Below, one piece after another: positions 10,301 through 22,300 of a stretch of DNA of 34,193 bases (position 1 is its first letter; every line of letters starts with the position of its first letter). Under the pieces are notes generated by a model. The model was given only the letters and a program-made list of their open reading frames with translations, ran no database searches and was not told where the DNA came from. Source of the DNA: an uncultured Oscillospiraceae bacterium (GTDB lineage: Bacteria; Actinomycetota; Coriobacteriia; Coriobacteriales; Atopobiaceae); NCBI GenBank assembly GCA_963616835.1, contig CAVEMP010000209.1, positions 1-34,193 of the forward strand, read 5' to 3'. The position numbers and the translations under genes are program-made.

Positions 10301-13300
10301 GGTCAACAATGGTGCTTCTCTGACTATTACTGATTGTCGAGAAACTGTTGGCAGTATCACCCATGCGAGTGGCCAGACGGGCCGCGGTATCAGCGTTGCT
10401 AGTGGTGGCACTCTTATCTTCTGGAATGGTGGCGTCGCTAACAACTTGACCGAGGACCTGGGCGGTGGCGTATACAATGCCGGCACGCTCGAGATGCGTG
10501 GCGGCAGCATCGTTGGCAACTCGGCCCAATCTGGCGCCGTCTACAATACCGGCGTGTTTAGCGTGTACGGCGGAAGTATTGCATGCAACACCGTTACAGG
10601 TAACGGCGGCGGCGTCTACAATTCCGGCGAGCTTGCCATGACCGGTGGCAGCATCACCGGCAACTCGGCCCAGAACGGCGCCGGCGTCTATAACCCCGAA
10701 GGTCGCACGTTTAACATGACCGGTGGCAGCATCACCGGCAACACGGCCAAGATTTCTGCTGGTGGCGTCTATAGCAACGGCGCGTTCACTATGTCCGGCG
10801 GCTCCGTCACGGAGAACACGGCCAGCCAGACGGTCGGCGGCGTGTACGGCAACGGCACACTCGCCCTCTCGGGCAACGTAGCCATCAACAATAACAAGGT
10901 GGGCGACGCGGACAGGAACGTCTATCTCCCCAGCGGCAAAACAATCACCGTCACAGGGGTCGGCATGGACAATGGCGCGTCCGTGGGCATTACGGCTGAG
11001 GCTCCCGAGGACGGCCTGCCCGAGGACGGCCTGCTCGTGGTGACCGGGGCGAGTGCCACCACGGGCTTCTCCAGCGATGATGTGGGCTATGAGCTGTTGG
11101 CGACCAGCGAAGGCCTGAGCTTGTTGAAGGTGCATCGCCACGCTGTCTGCGGCGAGACCGACTGCGAGCACAGCGGTCACGACGAGAATATGAAGTGGGA
11201 ACCGTGGACAAGCACCACTAGTCTGCCCGATCAGCCGGGTAACTATTACTTGCTAAACAATGTGACCCTTAAAGGAACGTGGAAGACATACAAAAATGTC
11301 AACCTTTGCCTTAATGGCAAGACCATCACCGAGTCATATGCAACAGAGGTTATTAACGTTTGTTCGTCCCTGAGCATCACAGACTGCCAAGAGGATGCCG
11401 GTAAAATCACCCACCTGCCTGAGAACTGCAGTGCCCGCGGTGTCGAAGTCGGCTGGGGCTATGTTTTCACCCTCTGGAACGGCACCATCACCGGCAATGC
11501 GGCCACCTCATTCGGGGGTGGTGGCGTCTACAATAACGGCGCGTTCTATATGAACGGTGGGGCCATCACCGGTAACACAGCTATTGGTGGCCTCGGTGGT
11601 GGCGGCGTCTGGAACAAGGGCTCGTTCACCATGTCCGGAGGTTCCATCACCGGCAACTTTGCTCGATCAAATGGCGGTGGCGTCTACAACACGGGTTCGT
11701 TCGCCATGTCAGGCGGTTCCATCACCGGCAACACGACCGGATACAACGGTGCTGGCCTTTATAACTACGGCACGCTTAACCTTTCGGGCAACGTGACCAT
11801 CAAGGACAACAAGGTGGGCGACGCGGCTAATAACGTCTTTCTTGTCCATGACAGAAAGATTACCGTCGCAGAGACTGGCATGGGCGAAAAGGCTTCTGTA
11901 GGCATCACGGCAGAAAATCCCGATGACAGCCCTGTTGTCGTGAGCGGCACGGCGAAAACCGAGAACTTCTCCTGTGACTACAATGACTGCGAGCTGGTGC
12001 CCAGCGGCGACAGCGCGTTGATACTGTCGAGGGTGCATAAGCACAATGTCTGCGGCGCGAGCGGGTGCGACGATACGGATCACAACGAGCTGACGTGGAC
12101 GGCGTGGACCAGCACGAACGCTCTGCCCAGTGAGCCCGGCAACTATTACCTGATTGGCGACGTAACCCTTTCCGAAACATGGGATTGCAGCAACAACGTC
12201 AACCTTTGCCTCAACGGCAAGACCATCTATGGTCCCAATGGTTATGACACCATCAAGGTCAATGGCAACGCGTCCCTTGCCATTACCGACTGTCATAGCG
12301 ACGAAGCCCTAGGAAAAATCACCCACAATAGCGACGAGACGGGCAGTGGCATCTTTGTCGACGAGAATAGCACCCTGACCCTTTGGAACGGCAACATAAC
12401 CAACAACTCGTCTGCGAACTTCGGTGGTGGAGTTTACAACGCTGGCACCTTCAAGATGGTTGGTGGAATCATTAAAAATAACTCTGCCAATGACGTAGGT
12501 GGAGGCGTCTACAACCGCAATACGTTCACTATGATTGGCGGCAGCATCGCTAATAACTCGGCTTTGGTCGGCGGCGGCGGTATCGGTAGCGACGGCACGC
12601 TTACCATGTCCGGCATGGTGATCGTCAAAGATAACACGGTGAACAATAGGGCAAACAACGTGTATCTCTCTACCAGCAAAAAGCTTAATGTCGTAGAGAG
12701 GGGTATGGCCGACGACGCATCTGTGGGCATCACGTCTGAAAACCCAGGTAACGGCGACACGGTCGTGACCGGGTCTACGGATACTACGGTCTTTTCCAGC
12801 GATGATGCCAATTTCGAGCTTGTGACCGACGGTAATGGCCAGCTGAAGCTGGCGGTCAAGACTGCCGCGATCTCTGGCGTGAAGCTGCTGGTTTCGGACG
12901 GTGGCGAAGAGTTGAGCGGCGACGAGACCGCCAAGTCGAAGGTTTACGACGGCGCGGCGGTGGCGTACGACGCCGCCGGGGTCGCTCTTGACCCCAGCAC
13001 CCTGACGGATGTTGAGCTGTCCTACACCTGGCAGGTGAAGGACGGTGGGATATATACCGACATCTCAAACAACGCCGCGCCCTCTGACGCGGGTAGCTAC
13101 CGCCTGCTGGTGACCGCTAAGCGCGGCGACGTGAATCTGGGCACCCTCGAGCTGCCGTTTACCATCGTGGCCAAGTCCCTGACCGTGAACGCCACGGCAG
13201 AGGACAAGACTTACGACGGCGGCACAGCCGCCACGCTTAAGAGCGCGGAGCTGGACGGCGTGCTGGACGCGGACAAGGGCGCCGTTTCTCTGGACAGCAG

Positions 13301-16300
13301 CAAGGTTGCCGTCGCGTTCGAGGACAAGAACGCGGGCGACAGCAAAGCGGTGACCGCCACCGTCGCCGAGGGCGCGCTTTTCGGCGACAAGGCGGGGAAC
13401 TACGCGGTAGCGACCGCCACAGCGGCGAATGCGAAGATAGGGCGCAGGCCCCTGACCGTCTCCGTCACCGCCAAGGACAAGACCTACGACGGCAACGCGA
13501 CCGCGACCGTGGGCGCGTCGATGGACGCCACCGGCGTCGTGGGCGGCGACGCCGTGGCCCTCGACGCCACCGGCGTCACGGCGGCGTTCAGCAGCAAGGA
13601 CGCCGGCGAGGACAAGCCCGTCACACTCACCGGCGAGTACACGCTGTGCGGTTCTGCCGCGGGCAACTACGTCCTGACCCAGCCCACGGGCCTCAAGGCG
13701 AGCATCGCGCAGCGCGAGGTCACCGTCGGCGGCCTGAGCGCGGCCAAGTCCTACGACGGCGACGCCACCGCCGAGAAGGCGGAGATCGCCGGCACCGCCG
13801 CTTTGGGCAACACGGTCGCCGGGGACGACGTGTCGCTCGACACCGAGGGCATGGCGGGCACGTTCGACAGCGCGAACGCGGGCGAGGCGACTATCGTCAC
13901 CCTCACAGGTCTCTCCCTGGCCGGCGCCGACAAGGGCAACTACAGGCTGCCCGAGACGGTCACCTGCGAGGGCACGATCACCAAGGCGGCCGGCTCCGGC
14001 GAGGTGAAACTCGACGGCTGGACCTACGGCGACGAGGCGAACGGCCCCGTGCCGTCCAGCTCGACAAACGGCGCCGCCAACGTGACCTACCAGTACAAGG
14101 CCAAGGGCGCGGAGGACGAGAGCTACACCGCCGATAAGCCCATCGCCGCCGGCGACTACACCGTGAGGGCCACCTTCCCGGCGACCGCCAACTACACCGA
14201 GGCCACCGCCACGGCCGACTTCACCGTCTCGAGGAGGGTCCTGACCGCCACGATCACCGCCAAGGACAAGACCTACGACGGCACGGACGCCGCCGAGGTG
14301 ACGAGGGTCGAGCTCACGGGCGTGCTTGACGGCGAGTCCGTGACCGCCACCGCGAGCGGCGCCAGGTTCGCGAGCGCGAACGCCGGCGACGGCCAGGACG
14401 TCACGGCGGACGTCGCGCTGGACGACCCGGCGGGCGCGGCCAAGAACTACTCCGTCGCCGCCACGGCGACCGCCAAGGCGTGCATCGCCCCCAAGACCCT
14501 GACCGTCACCGCCGCGGTGAGCGACAAGGCCTACGACGGCGGGACCGCGGCCACGGTCACGGGGGTCGAGCTGTCCGGCAAGGTGGCCGGCGACGCCGTC
14601 TCCCTCAACCGGGACAACATGGCCGCCGCGTTCGAGGACGCGGGCGCGGGCGAGAACAAGACCGTCACGGTGACCGGCCTGGCGCTGGACAACAACGACG
14701 ACAACAACTACAAGCTGCCCGACAGCATTACCGCCACGGCGAACATCACCAAGGCGGCCGGCTCCGGCGAGGTGAAACTCGATGGCTGGACCTACGGCGA
14801 GGCGGCGAAGTCCCCGCGGCCGACCAGCTCGACCAACGGCGCCTATAAGGTGACCTACCTGTATAAGGTCAAGGGCGCGGGCGACGAGACCTATTCGGAC
14901 TCCGTCCCCACCGCGGCTGGCACCTACACCGTGAAGGCGACCTTCGCGGAGACGGCCAACTACAAGGCCGTCAATGCCACGGCCGACTTCGCCATCGCGA
15001 AGAAGCAGCTGACAATCGCCGGCGCGACCGTCGCGGAGAAGACCTACGACGGCATGGCCGACGCGAACGTCACGGCCGTGAACTTCGACGGCCTGGTCGG
15101 GAGCGATGCGCTCGCCATCGATACCGACTACATCGTGACCGGCGCGGTGTTCGACTCCGCCGACGCCGACAAGGCCTCGAAGGTGGACTTCTCCGTTGCC
15201 CTGAAGGACACGGGCACCGCCAAGAACTACACCCTGGCCTCCGCCAAGGCCTCGCAGCAGGCGAACATTAAGAAGGCCACGATCGAGGGGAGCCTCTCGT
15301 TCACGGACAACGGCAAGCGCGGCCAGGAGAACACCTGCGACGTGCCCGCCGGCTACGTAGTCGACGGCGGCCAGGTAACGGTCTCCGTTGATAAGGACGA
15401 GAACGGCATCCTCGACGGCACGCCCGCCTACGCCGACGGCAAGCTCTCCTACAAGCTCAGGGCCGGCGCGGCCGAGGGCCAGACCGCGACCGTCAGGCTC
15501 GCGGTCTCCAGCGGCAACTACGACAACTACGCCATCGCGGCCATCCTGGGCGTCACCGCCAGGGAGCAGGTTAAGATCGACGTGGCCGGCGGCGACTACA
15601 CCTACAACGGCGCCGCGCAGGCCCCGACCGACATCAAGGTCCAGGGCGAGAAGGTCGCCGCGTCCGACCTGGTCAAGACCTACGTGGGTACCGGCGTCAC
15701 GAAGTACGGCCCCAGCGCCCAGGCGCCCGCCGCCGCGGGCAGCTACTCCGTGACCGTGAGCGTCGCGGAGACGAACCTTGAGTACACCGGCTCCGGCGGC
15801 TGCGAGTTCCAGATCAGCCCCAAGGCCCTGACCATTACCGCCGCCGCCAAGGGCAAGGCCTACGACGGCAACGCGACCGCGACCGTGGACGCGTCGCTGG
15901 ACGCGGCCGGCGTCGTGGGCGGCGACGCCGTGACCCTCGACGCCACCGGCGTGACGGCGGCGTTCGACAACAAGGACGCCGGCCAGAACAAGCCCGTCGC
16001 CCTCACCGGCGAGTACAAGCTGGGCGGCGCCGCCGCGGGCAACTACGTCCTGACCCAGCCCACGGGCCTCAAGGCGAGCATCGCGCAGCGCGAGGTCACC
16101 GTCGGCGGCCTGAGCGCGGCCAAGTCCTACGACGGCGACGCCACCGCCGAGAAGGCGGAGATCGCCGGCACCGCCGCTTTGGGCAACACGGTCGCCGGGG
16201 ACGACGTGTCGCTCGACACCGATAACATGAGGGGCGCGTTCAACGGCAAGGACGCTGGCGACAACAAGACCGTCACCCTCAGCGGCCTCTCGCTTACCGG

Positions 16301-19300
16301 CGCCGACAAGGGCAACTACAGGCTGCCCGGGAACGTCACCTGCGAGGGCGAGATCTCCAGGCGCGCCGTGACGCTGGCCTCCGAGGACCACGAGTTCACC
16401 TATAACGGCCAGGCCCAGAGGTGGGAGCGCGCCGGCGTGGCCGCCGGGTCCTTCGCCGACGGCGAGGGCGTGGCCTCCTACTCCTTCAGCGGCTCGGCCA
16501 CCAACGCGGGCGACTCCGTCGACAACGCCTTCGCCTACGAGCTGAAAGACGGGACCAGCGCCGACAACTACGAGATCGCCACCACCTACGGCAAGCTCAC
16601 CGTCGCCAAGGCCGGCACGATGACCGTCTCCGGCACCGGCTACGCCGGCGTCTACGACGGCGCCGAGCACGGCCCGGCCGCCCAAGTCAACGTGACCGAG
16701 GGCACCAAGGTCGAGTACTCCGTCGACGGCGGCGCCTGGAGCGAGACGGCCCCCGCCGTCAGGGACGTCGCTGACGTGACGGTCAGGGTCCGCGCCACCA
16801 ACCCGAACTACGAGGCGGCCGAGGCGACCTACGCCCTCAAGGTCACCAGGCGCCCCGTGACCTTCACGGGCAACTCCGGCGCCAGGACCTACAACGGCTC
16901 CGAGCAGAGCGTCTCCGGCTTCACCGCCAACGACGGCGAGGGCGCCGGCCTGGTGGCCGGCCACGAGGCGACCCTCGAGGCCTCGGCCTCCCGCATGCTG
17001 CCCGGCACCACCGCCGGCGCCATCACCGCGGCCAAGGACGTCGTGATCCGCGACGCCCAGGGCGACGACGTCACCGGCGACTACGACATCACCACCAACC
17101 CCGGCGCCATTACCATCGAGAGGGTCGCGGGCACCGTCACCATCGAGGCGGCCTCCGCCTCCAAGACCTACGACGGAGCCCCGCTCGCCGACGGCGGCTT
17201 CACGTACACCGAGGGCGTCCTGGTGGAGGGCGACGTGCTCACCGCCGTGGTCGAGGGCTCCGCCACCGACGTGGGCGACGCGGGCGTGAACGCCGTCACG
17301 TCCCACAAGGTCACGCGCGGCGACACCGACGTCACCTGCGCCTACACCTTCGGCGAGAGCGTCGACGGCAAGCTGACGGTGACCGCGCAGTCCATCGTGC
17401 CGGACGGGGCCAAGCCCGAAAGCTACAAGGGCGTCACCATCGCCGACCCGTCCGACGTCGTCTACAACGGCGCCGAGCAGAAGCGGGCGCCCGAGGTCAA
17501 GGGCCCCAACGGCAACGCTCTTGTTGAAGGCACGGATTACACCGTGGCTTACAGTGGCGACACGACTAACGTTGGAACTGTTACCGTGACCATCCAGGGC
17601 ATCGGCAACTACATCGGCACTTCGACCAAGACCTACAAGATCACCCCGGCGCCTCTTGCCGTGGGCACGCCGAGCGCGTCTAAGGTTTACGACGGCTCTC
17701 CCTTGACGGCTGACGCTACCGCCGACAGCATCTCTGGCCTCGTGAACAATGAGACTGCAGCAGTTGTTGCCAATGGTTCCCGCACCGATGCCGGCTCTTC
17801 CGAGAACGGCTACGTCATCGAGTGGGGCACCGCGAAATCTACCAACTACACCATCCAGTCCGAGAGCCTTGGCACGCTGACCGTTACCGCCAAGTCCATC
17901 GTCCCGGATTCCGAGGGCAAGGGCGGCATGACAGCCAACGATCCTTCCGATGTGGCTTACGACGGCCAGGAGCACAAGTGGGTCCCGGTCGTTAAGGACG
18001 GGGAGAAGGTCCTCGTTGAGGGCACCGATTACGAGGTCAGCTACAACAACCGCGCCGACTTCACCAACGTCGACGGCGCCATTACCGTGACCATCACCGG
18101 TAAGGGCAACTACAGCGGTGGCCTCGACCGCACGTACCGGATCGGCAAGGCACGGCTGAGCGTGGTAACCGAGTCCGGCAGCAAGTCCTATGACGGCCAG
18201 GCCCTGACCGCCGACGGCGCCATTGGCGGCTTTGTCAACGGCGAGTCCGCGGCCTTCAAGGTCACTGGCTCCCAGACCACTGTCGGCTCCAGCACCAACA
18301 CGTACGAGATCGATTGGGCCGGCGCCACCGCAAGGCAGGGCAACTATGAGATCTCCGAGCAGCTCGGCACGCTGAGCGTGACCGAGAGCGCCAACGAGGT
18401 CGTGGTGACCACCACCGGCGGCACCTGGACCTACGACGGCCAGCCCCATGGCGCCACCGTTGCCGTGACCAACCTGCCCGCCGGCTACACCGCCCAGGCA
18501 ACGTCCAGCGCTGCGGCCACCGACGCCAACGGCGACGGCATCGCCGCCACGGCCGACAACCTGGTGATCCGCAACACCGAGGGCCTTGACGTCACCAACG
18601 ACCTAAAGGTCACCAAGGTCGACGGCGCCATCAAGATCGAGCCCGCCGAGATCTCGGTCGAGACCTTCTCCGCCAAGAAGGGCTACGACGGCCCTGCCCT
18701 GACCGCCGGCGGCAAGGTGTCCGGCCTCGTTGGCGGCGAGGCGGCGACCCTTGTGGCCACCGGCTCGCAGACCGTGGTAGGCAAGAGCGACAATACTTAC
18801 AGGATCGAGTGGAACGACAACGCGAAGGAGTCCAACTACACCATCGCGTCCGAGAATATTGGCACGCTCGAGGTTACGGCCAACACCGCCGCGATCTATG
18901 TCGTTCCTACTGGCGCGACCAAGGTCTACGACGGCACCGCGCTTGAGGGCAAGGACTCCACGGCCATGGTCATGGGTGTTCCTAACGGCTTCACTTCTAG
19001 TTACGCCCTCAAGGGCTCCCAAACCGATAAGGGGCAGAGCTACGTTGAGGTCGACACCTTCAAGATCTTCAACGCGGCCGGCGACGATGTGACCAGCAAC
19101 TTCAGCGGCATCAACACCGAGTTCAAGGGCAGCCTCAACGTGACGGCGCGCCCCGTTGCGCTCACCTCCGCAAGCGCGTCCAAGGTCTACGACGGCACCG
19201 AGCTCACCGCTCATGCCGCCACCGCCTCGGAGCCCGCTAAGGACACGGGCATGGTGGCCGGCCAGGCGTTCGACCTCGAGTTCTTCGGCAGCCAGACCGC

Positions 19301-22300
19301 CGAGGGCTCGAGCGGCAACACCTTCGTCGCCAAATCCAGCCCCACGGCGGACGTGAACAACTACAGCATCACCTATACCAACGGCACCCTTGCGGTGGGC
19401 AAGCAGGCAATCACCCCGGGCACCGATCCCGAGAACCCCGACCCCGCCTACAAGGGCATTGAGATCGGCGATCCCAAGAACGTGGTCTACGACGCCTCCG
19501 AGCATAAGTGGTCGCCTGAGGTTACCGGCAAGGACGGCAGCAAGCTCGTCGAGGGCACCGACTACGAGGTCTCCTACAGCACCGCCGACTTCACCAACGC
19601 CACCGGCACCATCACGGTCACCATCACCGGCAAGGGCAACTACACCGGCACCGTGACCAAGGCCTACGAGATCACCAAGGCGGACGGCGCCGGCGAGGTG
19701 AAGCTCGCCGGCTGGACCTACGGCGACGAGGCGAACGGCCCCGTGCCGTCCAGCGACACCAACGGCACCGACGAGGTGACCTACCAGTACAAGGTCAAGG
19801 GCGCGGACGACGGCTCCTATTCGGACGCCGTCCCCAGCGCGGCCGGCGAATACACCGTGAGGGCGACCTTCGCGGCGACCGCCAACTACGAGGCCGCCGA
19901 CGCCACGGCCGACTTCACCATCAAGAAGAGGGCCCTGACGGTCAAGGGCCTGGCCGTCGCCGACAAGGCCTACGACGGCACGACCGCTGCGGCCATCGAC
20001 GGGACCCCGGGGCTCGACGCCGCCGTCGAGGGCGACGACGTGTCCCTGGCCTGCGGCGAGCCGACCTTCTCGTCCGCCTCGGCAGGGGAGAACATCACGG
20101 TCAACTTCACGGCCTTCTCGCTCGCCGGCGACGACGCGGGCAACTACACCCTGATCCAGCCCTCGGGTGTCACGGGGACCATCTCGCCCGCGACCTTGAT
20201 CGTCACCGGCGCGGACGTGGCGCCCAAGACCTACGACGGCGCGGCCGACGCTACCGTCACGGCCGTGACCTTCACCGGCCTGGTCGGGGGCGAGTCCCTG
20301 GCCCTGGGCGCCGACTACACCGTCTTCGGTGCCAAGTACGACGGCGCGAACGCCACGGGCGAGGGCGCCGCCACCAAGGCGACCTTCTCCGTCGCCCTTG
20401 CCGACACGGTCCTCGCGAAGAACTATGCCTTGGCCGGCGCCGCGGGCGAGCAGGCCGCGACCATCGACAAGGCCACCGTGAGCTACCCCCAGACCACGGG
20501 CTACGGCCTGCGTGGGAGCTGCAACGCCTGCGTGGTCCCCGCGGAGTACGTCGTCTCCGGCGGCGCAGTGACCGTCGGCGGCGTGGACGACGCGTCCGGC
20601 ATCCTCGACGGCGCGCCCGCCTACGCCGACGGCAAGCTCTCCTACAGGTTTACGGCCGCCGCGACCGACGGCCAGGAGGCCACCGTGACCCTTAAGGTCA
20701 CCAGCGCCAACTACGAGGACTACGCGCTCGAGGTCATCCTGGGCGTGACGCCCAAGAAGGGGGTCCAGGTCAAGATCGCGGACGCCGGCGCGACCTACAC
20801 CTATAGCGGCTCGGCCCAGGCGCCCTCGGGCGTCTCGGTCGAGGGCAATGCGGTCCAGGTCGGCGACCTGGTCGTGACCTACGCGGGCACCGACGGCACG
20901 GCCTACGCGCCCAGCGCCCAGGCGCCCACCGCCGCGGGCAGCTACGTGATGACCGCGGCCGTCGCGGGCGACGACCCCGAGTTCTACGGCTCGGCCACCT
21001 GCGGGTTCCGCATCGCCAAGAAGCCCGTGGCCGTGAAGGGCCTCTCCGTCGCCGACAAGCTCTACGACGGCACGACCGCCGCGGCCATCGCCGGCGCCCC
21101 GTCCGTCGACGGGGCCGTCGAGGGCGACGACGTGGCCCTGGTCAACGGCTCGCCCACCTTCACCAGCGCCAAGGTCGGGGAGAAGGTCGCGGTCACGTTC
21201 ACCGACTTCTCGCTTTCCGGCGAGGACGCTGCCAACTACGAGCTCGCGCAGCCCACGGGCGTCTCGGCGAGCATCCTGGCCTACGACGCCAAGGGCTCCG
21301 AGTACTCGGCGACCACCGGCGAGTGGACCAACGAGGACTTCACCGTGACCGCGGCGGAGGGCTGGAAGGTCGCGCTCTCCGACTCGGCCGACGCCGACTG
21401 GAGGGACGGCCTCACCTGCCCCGAGGAGGGCGTGGGCAGCCTCACCTTCTACGTGAGGAACGACGCCCAGGGCCACATCTCCACCGCCGTCACGCTGGGC
21501 CACAAGATCGACAAGACCGCGCCCACCGGCAAGGTCGAGGTCGGCAAGGACGCCTGGGATGAGTTCCTGGAGACCGTCACCTTCGGCCTGTACCGCAACG
21601 AGAAGCAGACGGTGACGCTCACCGGCGCCGACGCCCTGAGCGGCGTCGAGAAGGTCGAGTACCTGGTCACCGATAAGGACCTCTCGGTCGAGCAGCTCGC
21701 CGACGAGGAGTTCGCCGCCTACGACGGCCCCTTCGACATCGAGCCCGACGCCAGCGTGATCGTCTACGCGCGAATCACCGACAAGGCCGGCAACGTCACG
21801 TACCTGCGCTCCGACGGCGTGGTGCTCGACGCCACCGCCCCGGTCGTCGCGGGCGCCGAGGACGGCCGCACCTACTGCGGCCCCGTGGAGCTGACCGTAA
21901 CCGACGCCAACCTCGCCTCCGTCACGCTCAACGGCGAGCCTGCCGGCGAGGCCGCGGCGCTCGGCGCCGACGCGGCCGCCGGCGTCACCCTGACCGTCGG
22001 CCCCGCCGCCGGCGAGCAGGTGGTCACCGCCACCGACAAGGCCGGCAACGCCACGACCCTGACCCTCACCGTCAACGACGGCCACACCTGGGGCGACTGG
22101 TCGTCGAACGGCGACGGCACGCACTCGCGCGCCTGCAGGTTCGACGCCGCCCACACCCAGACGGCCGACTGCCACGGCGGCAAGGCCACCTGCTCCGCCC
22201 GCGCCGTCTGCGACGACTGCGGCGGCGAGCACGGCGACCTCGACGAGTCCAACCACGCCGACCTGGTCCACGTCGAGGCCAGGGAGGCCACGGTCGAGAC

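Larger units (their letters stand above)
12940..21290 (+). repeat. Stalk of YDG-type and MBG/Ig-like repeats with higher-order duplications
   Basis: Recurrent (D)KxYDGxxxA...G(D)DV.L...F...AG..K.V...L.G..AGNY units; three GEVKL(D/A)GWTYG units (~13977, 14745, 19671); three LVEGTDY units; two GILDG(T/A)PAYADGKLSY units. Domain names from family knowledge, not a search. Confidence 0.82.

Noticed and set aside
7500..12860. Diversity-generating retroelement or CRISPR-like explanation for the variable repeats
   Set aside because: No reverse transcriptase, no adenine-specific template/variable repeat pair and no identical repeats with unique spacers; the repeats are protein-coding and degenerate.
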